DNA from: Chthoniobacterales bacterium
GTDB lineage: Bacteria > Verrucomicrobiota > Verrucomicrobiia > Chthoniobacterales > DASVRZ01
Assembly (NCBI GenBank): GCA_038230215.1
Contig: JBBRNR010000002.1
Coordinates: 324,788 to 388,787 of the forward strand
DNA: 64,000 nucleotides
Direction of reading: 5' to 3'
Positions 8,613 through 17,646 of the stretch are shown piece by piece; position 1 is the stretch's first letter; the number at the start of each line of letters is the position of its first letter. The notes beneath the pieces are model-generated. The model ran no database searches. It saw only the letters and a list, made by a program, of their open reading frames with translations, and had not been told where the DNA came from. The translations under genes were made by a program, and so were the position numbers.

Positions 8613-9166
8613 TTAAGCAGGGTTCTAAATTCACAGACGATTCGCTGATCCTCAGGTGTGCCTGGACTCGCATCCACCTTGATAGAGCGCACGGAGAGTA
8701 GCGGCATTTCATTTTCAAATTCCGAGAGAGCGGTCATCACGGTGACAAATGACGATGGCGGAAAGCTAACATCCCACATGAAGTATTTGAAGCGCTCCAG
8801 TCCCTCACCTGGCACCGCTTCTGTCGTGCGGAGTTGCAAGGTAACCTTGGGAACGCCGCGTTTGGCGAAAAACTGGTTCACCAGCGGCGGGAACCACGCG
8901 ATGGCAGCTTCCTTGGGAATCATGCCCTCGATGGTTTGCATGGTGGCGACAGAAGTGGTTGACCGATCCACGGCATTTTTTCCCAGCTTGATCTGCTTTT
9001 TCGCGTCGTCGAGCTTCGTCTGCAACTCCGGTATAGCCTTGGTGCTGGCTGCCTCCTGCGAGTTAAGCGGTCCTAACAAAAACTGAAAATAACCATAGAG
9101 CAGAATGGCAAACATGATGCCACTCAGGACCATTTTTTGGATCTGATCTTTGTTGAATTTGGGCAT
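8609..9166 (-). CDS. pilO: PilO-like type IV pilus assembly protein
   Basis: Single N-terminal TM followed by a coiled-coil segment. It sits after the pilN-like gene. Confidence 0.6.
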   Translation of the reverse strand: MPKFNKDQIQKMVLSGIMFAILLYGYFQFLLGPLNSQEAASTKAIPELQTKLDDAKKQIKLGKNAVDRSTTSVATMQTIEGMIPKEAAIAWFPPLVNQFFAKRGVPKVTLQLRTTEAVPGEGLERFKYFMWDVSFPPSSFVTVMTALSEFENEMPLLSVRSIKVDASPGTPEDQRIVCEFRTLLK

Positions 9167-9169
9167 GAT

Positions 9170-9775
9170 CTATTTTGTTTTAAGGGTGATCTCGAATCCG
9201 ATGGCGAAGTTTGCCGTGGCGAAGCTTTTGCCATTGATGACAAGAGGTGTTTCGCTGTTTTCGAGGGATGCGAATTGCGAGGTGACGGTGCCGTAAGCCT
9301 TGCGCAGGCGCTCCTCCATGCTCTGGCGGAATCGCTCGGCGACAGCGCGCGGCTCGCGTCCGGCGGAGACACCCACAACGGTGAGTGTGACGCTTTCCCT
9401 AACCTTGTTTGTTCCCTCAAACCCGCTGATTTGAATCTCCGGTCCGGTGCCAGCCATGATCTCGCTGAAGAGCGGTCCCCAGTAAAAGCGGTTGTCGATG
9501 ATTTTTTCCACGGCGGCGGTGGCGGCCAGAGTCAGGCTGGCGGCTGTCTCGTCGGCTTTGGCCTGGGTGGCTATAGGCGTGATCTTGGCGAGGTCACCTT
9601 CCAAATTTACTTTTTCCTGAGTGATCTTCGCGACTCCCGAGGATTTCATGAGATAGTAGCCATAGAAACAAACGGCCACTACCAACAAGGCAAGGATACC
9701 GAGTTTGAGCGGATCGCGTTTTCGCTCGACGATTTTCGACTGTTCTTCGTGCAGGAGATTGATGTGCAGGGGCAT
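9170..9775 (-). CDS. pilN: PilN-like type IV pilus assembly protein
   Basis: N-terminal INLL motif (MPLHINLLHEE) followed by a single TM. It sits after pilM. Confidence 0.6.
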   Translation of the reverse strand: MPLHINLLHEEQSKIVERKRDPLKLGILALLVVAVCFYGYYLMKSSGVAKITQEKVNLEGDLAKITPIATQAKADETAASLTLAATAAVEKIIDNRFYWGPLFSEIMAGTGPEIQISGFEGTNKVRESVTLTVVGVSAGREPRAVAERFRQSMEERLRKAYGTVTSQFASLENSETPLVINGKSFATANFAIGFEITLKTK

Positions 9776-9781
9776 GATATT

Positions 9782-10816
9782 TTACTCCGGGAACATGGCT
9801 TCGAGCGCGGCTCCGTAGGCAATGGTTAGATTGCCCATTTCGAGATCAAACGCCTCGACGCGATTTTTGCCAATGGCTGTTTCCACATTTTCAAAGGGGT
9901 CCCAAAGCTCGAAGGGAATGTTTGTCTCGTCGCTTAGCAACTGGAGCACCTGTTCGGATTTGGCTAGTCCACCAGAGATATAAATTTTATTGACCACCTC
10001 CTCACGCTGGCCTTCGATGAAGCCAATGGAACTCCGTAGTTCGCGGGCGATGGCGATGAGTTCCTGATGGGCAATCTCGATCATGCCGGCGTCGCCTTGG
10101 TTAAAGAGAAGCATGGCGGATTGTGCTTCGATGCCTCCGCCGTTGGTCAGCGCCTCTGTGAGAATTTTACCGCCAAACTCGACGGAGCGCACAAGTAGTA
10201 GTTCCCTGCGGCTGCCGACCATGACGGTGGACTGGCTGTGACCGATATCCACTAACATAAAAGTCTCGTTTTGAAAGACTTCAGGTTTGCAATATTCGAA
10301 GGCATTGAAGAGTGAGATCGGTGCCAGTTGTAGGATACTAACATTGAGATGCAGCTTACGGAAAGACTCGCCCAGCATGGTGACGCGGCTGCGAGGGATG
10401 CCACAGACAAGATACTTCAACTGCGCCTTCGGATCGAGCGTTGTGGTGTCGGTTTTTAGAATCTGGTCACAGTCCACCACCATTTCGCTGATGTCCTGGT
10501 TCAGCAGGTTGAGGCCGTTGATGAGGAGGCCGCGGCGCAGCAAATCCGGCGGTGTGGGATATTGATCGATGATTTTCAGGAAGGCGTCGGGAGAGGATGT
10601 GGCGACGGCGATGGCCTTCGTTGGGCCGCCGAGTTCCGCGAGGATGAGTTTAAGATGGTGCACCAGCTCGTCGCTATTTTCCAGCTGTCCGCCAAAGGAG
10701 CGCACGGCGAATTTGTTGACGACCGCACGGTCAGTGCCTCGGCGCTGCAGGGCCACGCCTTTGACGGAGTGGGTGCCAATGTCGATGCCGATACTTGTGG
10801 AGTGAGTTTTGGCCAT
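9782..10816 (-). CDS. pilM: Type IV pilus assembly ATPase-fold protein PilM
   Basis: Actin/HSP70-like fold motifs IGIDIGTHSVKGV, LVDIGHSQSTV and IYISGGLA. 344 aa. Confidence 0.85.
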   Translation of the reverse strand: MAKTHSTSIGIDIGTHSVKGVALQRRGTDRAVVNKFAVRSFGGQLENSDELVHHLKLILAELGGPTKAIAVATSSPDAFLKIIDQYPTPPDLLRRGLLINGLNLLNQDISEMVVDCDQILKTDTTTLDPKAQLKYLVCGIPRSRVTMLGESFRKLHLNVSILQLAPISLFNAFEYCKPEVFQNETFMLVDIGHSQSTVMVGSRRELLLVRSVEFGGKILTEALTNGGGIEAQSAMLLFNQGDAGMIEIAHQELIAIARELRSSIGFIEGQREEVVNKIYISGGLAKSEQVLQLLSDETNIPFELWDPFENVETAIGKNRVEAFDLEMGNLTIAYGAALEAMFPE

Positions 10817-10829
10817 GATGAGGTGGGAG

Positions 10830-12026
10830 CTAAATAAACATGTTTTTCTGCCTGCTTAGCCAGAGATAAAGATCAATCTCCTGTCCGCATTTGGTCAGCA
10901 GTTCAATGGGATTTTCCTGTCCGGCGCTGGTTGCGACACTGACGAGAAAGATACGCAGGATTTCCGAGGGGAGTCGTTCCCTTTCATCGTGAGTGAGAGG
11001 CAAATGGGTGGTTTCATCGTATAGATCGACCCAGAGTCTGAGATTTTGCCACGCCTGCTTCGGGACAAGTTCGACCACCGCGCCATGTACACGGGTGAGA
11101 TGTGTGATGACGCTCTGCATGGCATACGCAATATCAAAAATGCGTTCCCGCTCCTGCATGAAATCGTAGTCCACCACGGCGGCGATTTGGTCGGCCTTGT
11201 AGAGCAGATTCCAGAAATGATAGTCGCCATGCACGGTAAGCCAGGGAAGATTACCGACCATGCGGTCATAGTTTTCCGCCATTGGCTCGAGGGCTTCACG
11301 GGCGCGGGTCAAAACGGATTGCGCTCCTGCGGTGCCGGTGTCGCGTTCGGCGTATTGGGCGACCACATAAAAGCCCTCGTCGATCAGTGCCATGCAATGT
11401 GCAGGCCCGATGTCGTTGCGCATTTCCGGAGGCACCGGCGTGCGTCGGCGCGAGGCCTGGTCCAGACAACGATGCAAGTCGCCCAGCATACTCGCGGCGG
11501 AATTCATCCGCTGCCAGTCGCGATGGCTGCCTGTGTCGTGAGGCACGAAGCGATGGATCTCGACCAGACGCTCGCCCCAGAGAGTCCAAGTCTTGCCGTT
11601 GCGTTTTCGCATGATCTCGGGCACTGGAAAACCCTGCTCGATCATGTCGTTGATCATGCCGTGGAGATATTCCACCCGCTCGATGTATTCTTCGCCGTGG
11701 CGGGCTCGCAGGAGAAACGTTCCCTGCCCGGTGCGGAACGGATCGGTCGTGTTGCATTGCGTCTGCGTGGGCACATCCATCTGGATCATGCGACCCAGAT
11801 CAAAATCATCGACGAGCTTTTGTAGTTGGGACCAGCTGAGCTGCACCGATGTGCGGGCATGACTGCGAAAATTAGCGTCGAGTCGGATCGTGTTCAAAAA
11901 GTTTTCGTTGTCCTGAATCAGATTAGCGGCCTGAGCACGGCGGCGGGCTTTTTTGCCCTGACTCTCCTGACTGATGTGTGTGGTGCCCGACATATCGCTC
12001 AAACTAGAATCAAGCTGCTGTCGCAA
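10830..12026 (-). CDS. Phosphotransferase-family (APH/ChoK-like) kinase
   Basis: Catalytic loop HGDYHFWNLLY and VVDYDF (DxD) motif. The start is uncertain (12026 or Met at 11993). It ends 13 nt upstream of pilM on the same strand. Confidence 0.7.
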   Translation of the reverse strand: MRQQLDSSLSDMSGTTHISQESQGKKARRRAQAANLIQDNENFLNTIRLDANFRSHARTSVQLSWSQLQKLVDDFDLGRMIQMDVPTQTQCNTTDPFRTGQGTFLLRARHGEEYIERVEYLHGMINDMIEQGFPVPEIMRKRNGKTWTLWGERLVEIHRFVPHDTGSHRDWQRMNSAASMLGDLHRCLDQASRRRTPVPPEMRNDIGPAHCMALIDEGFYVVAQYAERDTGTAGAQSVLTRAREALEPMAENYDRMVGNLPWLTVHGDYHFWNLLYKADQIAAVVDYDFMQERERIFDIAYAMQSVITHLTRVHGAVVELVPKQAWQNLRLWVDLYDETTHLPLTHDERERLPSEILRIFLVSVATSAGQENPIELLTKCGQEIDLYLWLSRQKNMFI

Positions 12027-12089
12027 CCACTTCGCCCGTGCATAAACGGGAGGTTGGCTGCGGCGAAATCATGGGTTGGAAAGTCATTT

Positions 12090-12105
12090 TGCAATCTGGG
12101 AGCCG
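12090..12105 (-). promoter_or_regulatory. Candidate sigma-54 -24/-12 element upstream of the kinase-pilMNOP operon
   Basis: The minus strand reads CGGCTCccagaTTGCA. GG-N10-GC spacing is correct and the -12 TTGCA is perfect. The -24 box has two mismatches to TGGCAC. It lies 64-79 nt upstream of the ATG at 12026. Confidence 0.35.
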
Positions 12106-12125
12106 GAATGTAGGATTCGCGACTC

Positions 12126-12848
12126 ATGAATAGTCTAAGCACACAGGATGCCAGCAAGTCTCCCATTTTCAGTTACACCGCGGCGTTCGTGGTTTTCATG
12201 CTCTTTCTAGCGCTCGTTCCGGTGGTGGAAAAGCTGCTCCCTACGACGGGCAATCCGTGGTTTGCGAGAGCCGAGTTTCTCGTATATCCGATGCAGACGA
12301 TTATTTGTGGGGCTCTACTGCTTTACGTGGGCCGCCGGGTGGAATTTCGCGGAATTGCATATCTATCTGTCACATTTGCGCTGGGCTTTTTCGTTTTTGC
12401 GATGTGGACCTCCCCACAATTTTTCCACTGGTCACCACCACGCACAGACGGATTTAACCCCGATGTGTTTCCCCCTGGTTCGACGTCGTATTGGTTGACG
12501 GTTATTTTGCGGTTTCTGCGCCTGGTCATCGTGGTGCCGTTTCTGGAGGAGATTTTTTGGCGTGGATTTCTCATGCGGTATGTGATCAACGAGAGGTTTG
12601 AGACGGTGCCCTTTGGAAAATATGAGCCCCGGTCTTTTTGGATTACGGTGATCGCATTTGCCCTCGCTCACTACGGCAACCACATACTGCCGGGCCAGGA
12701 TTTCTATGCAGCTCTGCTCACCGGCGTTATTTACAATGCTGTGGCCTGCCTCACCAAAAGCCTCGGCGCCTGTGTTTTCGTCCATGCGGTGACAAATCTT
12801 TTTCTCGGGCTGTATATCATGTTCACAAAGCAATGGGGCTTCTGGTAG
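12126..12848 (+). CDS. CPBP-family intramembrane glutamic endopeptidase (CAAX protease-like)
   Basis: EEIFWRGFL, FALAHYGNH and FVHAVTNL motifs in a multi-TM protein. Confidence 0.85.
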   Translation: MNSLSTQDASKSPIFSYTAAFVVFMLFLALVPVVEKLLPTTGNPWFARAEFLVYPMQTIICGALLLYVGRRVEFRGIAYLSVTFALGFFVFAMWTSPQFFHWSPPRTDGFNPDVFPPGSTSYWLTVILRFLRLVIVVPFLEEIFWRGFLMRYVINERFETVPFGKYEPRSFWITVIAFALAHYGNHILPGQDFYAALLTGVIYNAVACLTKSLGACVFVHAVTNLFLGLYIMFTKQWGFW

Positions 12849-12858
12849 CCTGCCACTT

Positions 12859-13023
12859 ATGGAATCTTCGTTTCTCCAGAAGCTCGTCTTTGCCGTTGTC
12901 TTCGCTGCGATCACCGCCGGCATCATCCAAGCCGCGCGCCACATGGGATCGAGTGTGCAGGAATCCATGGATGCCGACACGCTGAAGGCCCGTACTCCCA
13001 AACCCACGCCGCGCCGTTTTTAA
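12859..13023 (+). CDS. Possible 54-aa single-TM small protein (below the ORF-track cutoff)
   Basis: ATG at 12859, TAA at 13021. MESSFLQKLVFAVVFAAITAGIIQAARHMGSSVQESMDADTLKARTPKPTPRRF. GC-rich third positions. It fills the gap between the CPBP gene and nadE on the same strand. Confidence 0.35.
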   Translation: MESSFLQKLVFAVVFAAITAGIIQAARHMGSSVQESMDADTLKARTPKPTPRRF

Positions 13024-13035
13024 TAGCCGTCTCCC

Positions 13036-14664
13036 ATGAAAATCGGACTGGTGCAGATGAATCCGACGGTGGGCGATTTTACGGGCAACACCGCATTCAT
13101 CTCCGCGGCTTATGAAAAATTGGTCGCTGAGGGCGCGGAACTCGTCATCACACCAGAACTCGCGATTCCCGGCTATCCGCCACAGGATTTGATTTTTAAA
13201 TCGCAATTCGTCCCGCTCAATCTCGAAGCGCTCCATCAACTGGCCAGGGTCGTCGGTGACGTTCCCCTGCTCGTCGGCTATCTGGAGTTTAATGAAAAGC
13301 TCTCCGGCCGCCCATTTCGCAACGCGGCCGCGCTGCTCCGCCGAGGCAAAATTACCGATCGTTTCTTCAAAACGCTGCTGCCGACTTACGATGTGTTCAA
13401 CGAGAGCCGCTATTTCGAGCCCTCCACGGGCCTGAACCTTTTCAACATTGGCAACGCCAAAATCGGCGTCACGATCTGCGAGGACATCTGGACAGAGGAA
13501 TATCTCAGCCGCAATCTCTACGACCATGATCCAGTCGAGAAACTGGTCGCTGCGGGTGCCAGCGTAATCGTCAATCTCAGTGCGTCGCCTTTCCAGATAG
13601 GAAAGCCAGCGATCCGGCAGCAGATGATTTCCGCGCTAGCCCGGCAGCACCGCATCCCTTTTTTTTACTGCAATGCCGTCGGCGGAAACGACCAGCTCAT
13701 TTTCGACGGCAACTCTCTCGTCATTAATCATCATGGAGACATTCTCGCTCAATTTCCCGCCTTCGTGGATCAATGCGCCGTTGTGGCCACCGACGCTCCG
13801 AGTCTGCCGCTGCAAACGGTTTCCGAGGCCGAGGAAATCCACGGAGCACTCGCAATCGGCGTCCGCGATTATTTTAGAAAAACCGGCTTTCACACCGCGA
13901 TCCTGGGACTGAGTGGCGGGATTGATTCCGCAGTTGTAGCCGCGATTGCTGTGGCCGCTCTCGGAGCGGAAAATGTTACTGGAGTCGCCATGCCCAGCCA
14001 GTTTTCGTCCCAAGGCAGCCTCGACGACGCCTACGCTCTGGCCAAAAACCTCGGAATCAAATGTCTAACACTGCCAATTCAGGCTGAGTTCGAAGCCATA
14101 CGAATGCAACTCGCCTCTGTTTTCGAGGGGCTCGCTGAGGACACGACCGAGGAAAACATCCAGTCCCGGCTCCGCGGCGTCACCCTGATGGCGCTCTCTA
14201 ACAAGTTTGGCCATCTCGTCCTCAGCACCGGCAATAAAAGCGAACTCGCCGTCGGCTATTGCACACTTTACGGCGATATGTGCGGCGGTCTGGCCGTGAT
14301 CAGCGACGTGCCGAAAATGAAGGTTTACGAACTCGCCCGCTGGATCAATCGCGCCCGGGAAATCATTCCCTACAATACCATTTCCAAGGCGCCCAGCGCC
14401 GAGTTGCGCCCTAATCAGACGGATCAAGACTCGCTGCCGCCGTATGAGATTCTCGACGAGATTCTTTCCCTCTACGTGGAAAGCAAACTCGGCATCCGCG
14501 ATATTATTGCCCGTGGTTTCGACGAAAAAACCGTTCGCTGGATCGTTCGCAAAATCGACCTAAACGAATACAAACGCGCGCAGGCCGCGCCCGGTCTCAA
14601 AGTCACCAGCACCGCCTTCGGAATGGGTCGCCGTATGCCTATCGCCCAGAGTTTCACTGAATAA
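13036..14664 (+). CDS. nadE: Glutamine-dependent NAD+ synthetase
   Basis: N-terminal CN-hydrolase domain (ELAIPGYPPQD, ICEDIW) plus a C-terminal synthetase with the SGGIDS P-loop. Confidence 0.95.
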   Translation: MKIGLVQMNPTVGDFTGNTAFISAAYEKLVAEGAELVITPELAIPGYPPQDLIFKSQFVPLNLEALHQLARVVGDVPLLVGYLEFNEKLSGRPFRNAAALLRRGKITDRFFKTLLPTYDVFNESRYFEPSTGLNLFNIGNAKIGVTICEDIWTEEYLSRNLYDHDPVEKLVAAGASVIVNLSASPFQIGKPAIRQQMISALARQHRIPFFYCNAVGGNDQLIFDGNSLVINHHGDILAQFPAFVDQCAVVATDAPSLPLQTVSEAEEIHGALAIGVRDYFRKTGFHTAILGLSGGIDSAVVAAIAVAALGAENVTGVAMPSQFSSQGSLDDAYALAKNLGIKCLTLPIQAEFEAIRMQLASVFEGLAEDTTEENIQSRLRGVTLMALSNKFGHLVLSTGNKSELAVGYCTLYGDMCGGLAVISDVPKMKVYELARWINRAREIIPYNTISKAPSAELRPNQTDQDSLPPYEILDEILSLYVESKLGIRDIIARGFDEKTVRWIVRKIDLNEYKRAQAAPGLKVTSTAFGMGRRMPIAQSFTE

Positions 14665-14666
14665 TC

Positions 14667-15545
14667 ATGCTCTCCGCCTATCTCAAATCGACCCAACGCG
14701 CCGTGGACGCCGCGTTAAAAGTCTATCTTCCCCCAGCCAACACCAAACCAGCCACCATTCATCAGGCCATGCGCTACAGCATTTTTGCTGGTGGAAAACG
14801 GCTTCGTCCGATCCTCTGCATCGCCGCCGCCGAGACCTGTGGCGGTCGCCTCGAAAACGCTTTACCCGCCGCCTGCGCCGTGGAAATGGTTCACACTTAT
14901 TCATTGATTCACGATGATCTCCCGGCGATGGACAATGACGATTTTCGCCGTGGAAAACCGACGAATCACAAGGTTTATGGCGAGGCTATCGCCATTCTGG
15001 CGGGCGACGCGCTGCTGACACTGGCCTTTGAAGTGCTCGCCGCTGCCGCTCCAACGCGACGTTTCTCCATTGCGGATCAAATCCGTGAACTCGCCCAAGC
15101 CAGTGGAAGTCGCGCCCTGATCGCCGGGCAAGTCGCCGATCTGGAAGCCGAGGGAAAGAAAATCACCTTGGCCCAGTTGCGTTACATTCACGGCGCCAAA
15201 ACGGCCGCTCTCCTCACAAGTAGCATACGACTGGGAGCCATCAGCGCCAACGCCTCTCACACAGAACTGGCCGCGCTAACCCTATTTGCCGAAAATCTCG
15301 GGCTCGCCTTTCAAGTCATCGACGATATTCTCGACGTCACTCAGACCAGCGAAAAACTTGGCAAAAGCGCTGGCAAAGATATCACCGCCCAGAAAGCCAC
15401 TTACCCAGCAATTCTAGGTTTGGAAAAATCACGCAAAGAAGCCCATCGCCTGACGGATAGTTCCCTGGCCGCCCTGGAGCCGTTCGGTCAAAAAGCAGAC
15501 CGCTTGCGCACTCTCGCCAGCCATCTGCTCCAGCGCGACTACTAA
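14667..15545 (+). CDS. ispA: Polyprenyl (farnesyl/geranylgeranyl) diphosphate synthase
   Basis: First and second Asp-rich motifs IHDDLPAMDNDDFRRG and FQVIDDILD. Confidence 0.9.
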   Translation: MLSAYLKSTQRAVDAALKVYLPPANTKPATIHQAMRYSIFAGGKRLRPILCIAAAETCGGRLENALPAACAVEMVHTYSLIHDDLPAMDNDDFRRGKPTNHKVYGEAIAILAGDALLTLAFEVLAAAAPTRRFSIADQIRELAQASGSRALIAGQVADLEAEGKKITLAQLRYIHGAKTAALLTSSIRLGAISANASHTELAALTLFAENLGLAFQVIDDILDVTQTSEKLGKSAGKDITAQKATYPAILGLEKSRKEAHRLTDSSLAALEPFGQKADRLRTLASHLLQRDY

Positions 15546-15586
15546 CACATCGCGCCAGAATCGAATGGAACTCGTCAGCAGCCGAA

Positions 15587-17113
15587 TTAGGCCGCGTTTT
15601 TGTTGCCGATAAACGTCTTCAGCATGATCTGGAAATCGAACAGCGGATTCCAGTTTTCCAGATAATACAGATCGCAGTTAATGCGCTCCCGCAGGTCGGT
15701 GTCGCCGCGCAGACCGAGCACTTGGGCCCAACCCGTGATGCCTGGCTTAACGCTGTGGCGAGCGTTGTAATGCGGGATTTCCTCCTTGAAATTCTGGATC
15801 AATTCCGGGCGCTCGGGTCGAGGTCCGACGAGGCTCATTTCACCGATCAGCACGTTCCAGAACTGTGGAACTTCGTCGATGTTCCAGCGGCGCATGAAGG
15901 AGCCGATCTTGAGTCGGCGAGGATCGTTTTTCGTACTCCAGCCGGGTTTTTGTCCGACTTCTGCATCCAGGCGCATGCTGCGAATCTTGAGAATGTCGAA
16001 GATCGCGCCGTTGCGGCCCAGTCGTTTCTGACGATAGAAAATCGGCCCTGGCGATTCACGATAAACTATCAATCCGAAAATCGCGATGAGTGGCGCAGAA
16101 AGGATCAGTCCTACGATGGCTCCGAACACGTCTAGAGAGCGTTTGAAGATGGCGTTGCCAAATTTGTCGAGCGCCAGTTGGGACACTCCGAGAACAGGAA
16201 TGCCGCTGACGGTTTCCAGCCGCAATCCGGAGACCAGAATCTGGAAATACGATGGGATGATTTTGAATTGGACCATCTCTTTCTCACAAAGATTCGCGAG
16301 GCCGATAATCTCATCTTTCACGCAATCGACGTCGGACATGATGACCATGTCCACCATGTGCTCATGAATCAAAGAGGATAGCTGTTCCACTTTACCCAGA
16401 GTGGGCACGTCGTCGGGCATGGTCTCACAATGGCGGGCATGAGAGGAAGTCACGCAGCCTACGAAATGGTAGGCAGAGTGAGGAATATTGGCGAAGGAAT
16501 CGACGATCTTTGCCGTTTGCTCATTCCATCCCACAAAAATGATGCGCTGGCGGAGGTTTTCCACGACGCCCGTTTTTAAAATCAATCGATGGAACAAGGC
16601 ATGCGTCAGAAACAACACCCCGAATATAACTCCACCCGCGAGAAGACCGTACATCCGGGAGATGGGCGGCTGGGCATTGATGAGGAGCGTGGCGCTGAGG
16701 AAGCCTACCGTCCAAAAGAACGTTCCCTTTGCGAGAATGGTGACGAGATGTTTGAAGCGCAGTAGGAGATTACGCTCGTAGAATTTGAGGTGGGCCAGCA
16801 GCAGAACCATTGTGAAGGTTCCGAAGGCGAAATAATTGACGTATTGGCCGAAAGCCATTTCACCAGCAACACCCATGTGCCGCAGTGGAGAATGGAACCG
16901 GAGAAAGAAGGCTCCGATCATCGCCGCGAGGATGACGACGGAATCAATCACCAGGGTCAGGGCAACGAGGTGTTCTTGAATCCGTGGATCGATGCGGCGG
17001 GTTTTACGACGGTAGCTCGTGCCGACCATTGGGCGGCGGAAAATACTTGAGGCATCTGCCAGTGAGGTTTTTAACAACGCTCCCTGATCTTGGTAAGTGA
17101 TATCTGCTTCCAT
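15587..17113 (-). CDS. Polyprenyl-phosphate sugar phosphotransferase (WbaP/EPS priming glycosyltransferase type)
   Basis: N-terminal TM bundle and C-terminal bacterial sugar transferase domain (KIRSMRLDAE, DEVPQFWNVLIGEMSLVGPRP). Confidence 0.9.
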   Translation of the reverse strand: MEADITYQDQGALLKTSLADASSIFRRPMVGTSYRRKTRRIDPRIQEHLVALTLVIDSVVILAAMIGAFFLRFHSPLRHMGVAGEMAFGQYVNYFAFGTFTMVLLLAHLKFYERNLLLRFKHLVTILAKGTFFWTVGFLSATLLINAQPPISRMYGLLAGGVIFGVLFLTHALFHRLILKTGVVENLRQRIIFVGWNEQTAKIVDSFANIPHSAYHFVGCVTSSHARHCETMPDDVPTLGKVEQLSSLIHEHMVDMVIMSDVDCVKDEIIGLANLCEKEMVQFKIIPSYFQILVSGLRLETVSGIPVLGVSQLALDKFGNAIFKRSLDVFGAIVGLILSAPLIAIFGLIVYRESPGPIFYRQKRLGRNGAIFDILKIRSMRLDAEVGQKPGWSTKNDPRRLKIGSFMRRWNIDEVPQFWNVLIGEMSLVGPRPERPELIQNFKEEIPHYNARHSVKPGITGWAQVLGLRGDTDLRERINCDLYYLENWNPLFDFQIMLKTFIGNKNAA

Positions 17114-17646
17114 GTTTTTTAATTGCTCGAGTTGCGATGCACCGGGGTGAATTCTGGGAAGGATCGTCGAGCATCACACCACTTTTTGTGCCATAATGCA
17201 AGACTCGTCTTAAATTTATAAAATTATTTATCGGTGTAGGCGATATGTAGGCTCATTAGATTTTGCTCCCGGGCCATTGATAAACACTTAAATTCCCTCT
17301 GCAAGAAAGGAATTTACGACCCAAAAGTCAGTCTGAATCAAGCATCAAAAGACTTTCCTAGATCCTGGAAATTGGCCGCAACATTGATTAGCTCCTCTCT
17401 CTATTATGAGAGAAATCCTTCGCAGAACTGAGAATGCGATCCAAGATTATGAAATATGAGGGGTTTCAGATACAATCCACTCAATCCAGCGATTAAAAAA
17501 ATGCTTATCAGATTTTGAGCTGTGGGTCTAAGTAGTTGCTGACTCGTTTAACAATTTGGGTGTTGAGGTAATCGTTGATGGCTCCCGCTCAATGCCTGAT
17601 CATTTACATCAATTTCCACATGGCTGCCTCTTTTTGACCACAGTGG

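Noticed and set aside
9137-9829. 230-aa + strand ORF
   Set aside because: It is antisense to the pilN-like gene and is a Gly/Asp-rich shadow sequence.
11046-11825. 259-aa + ORF and other ORFs overlapping the kinase gene
   Set aside because: They are antisense or shifted shadows of the APH-like kinase, which carries the HGDxxxxN and DxD motifs.
12823-13527. 234-aa minus-strand ORF
   Set aside because: It is antisense to the well-supported nadE N-terminal CN-hydrolase domain.
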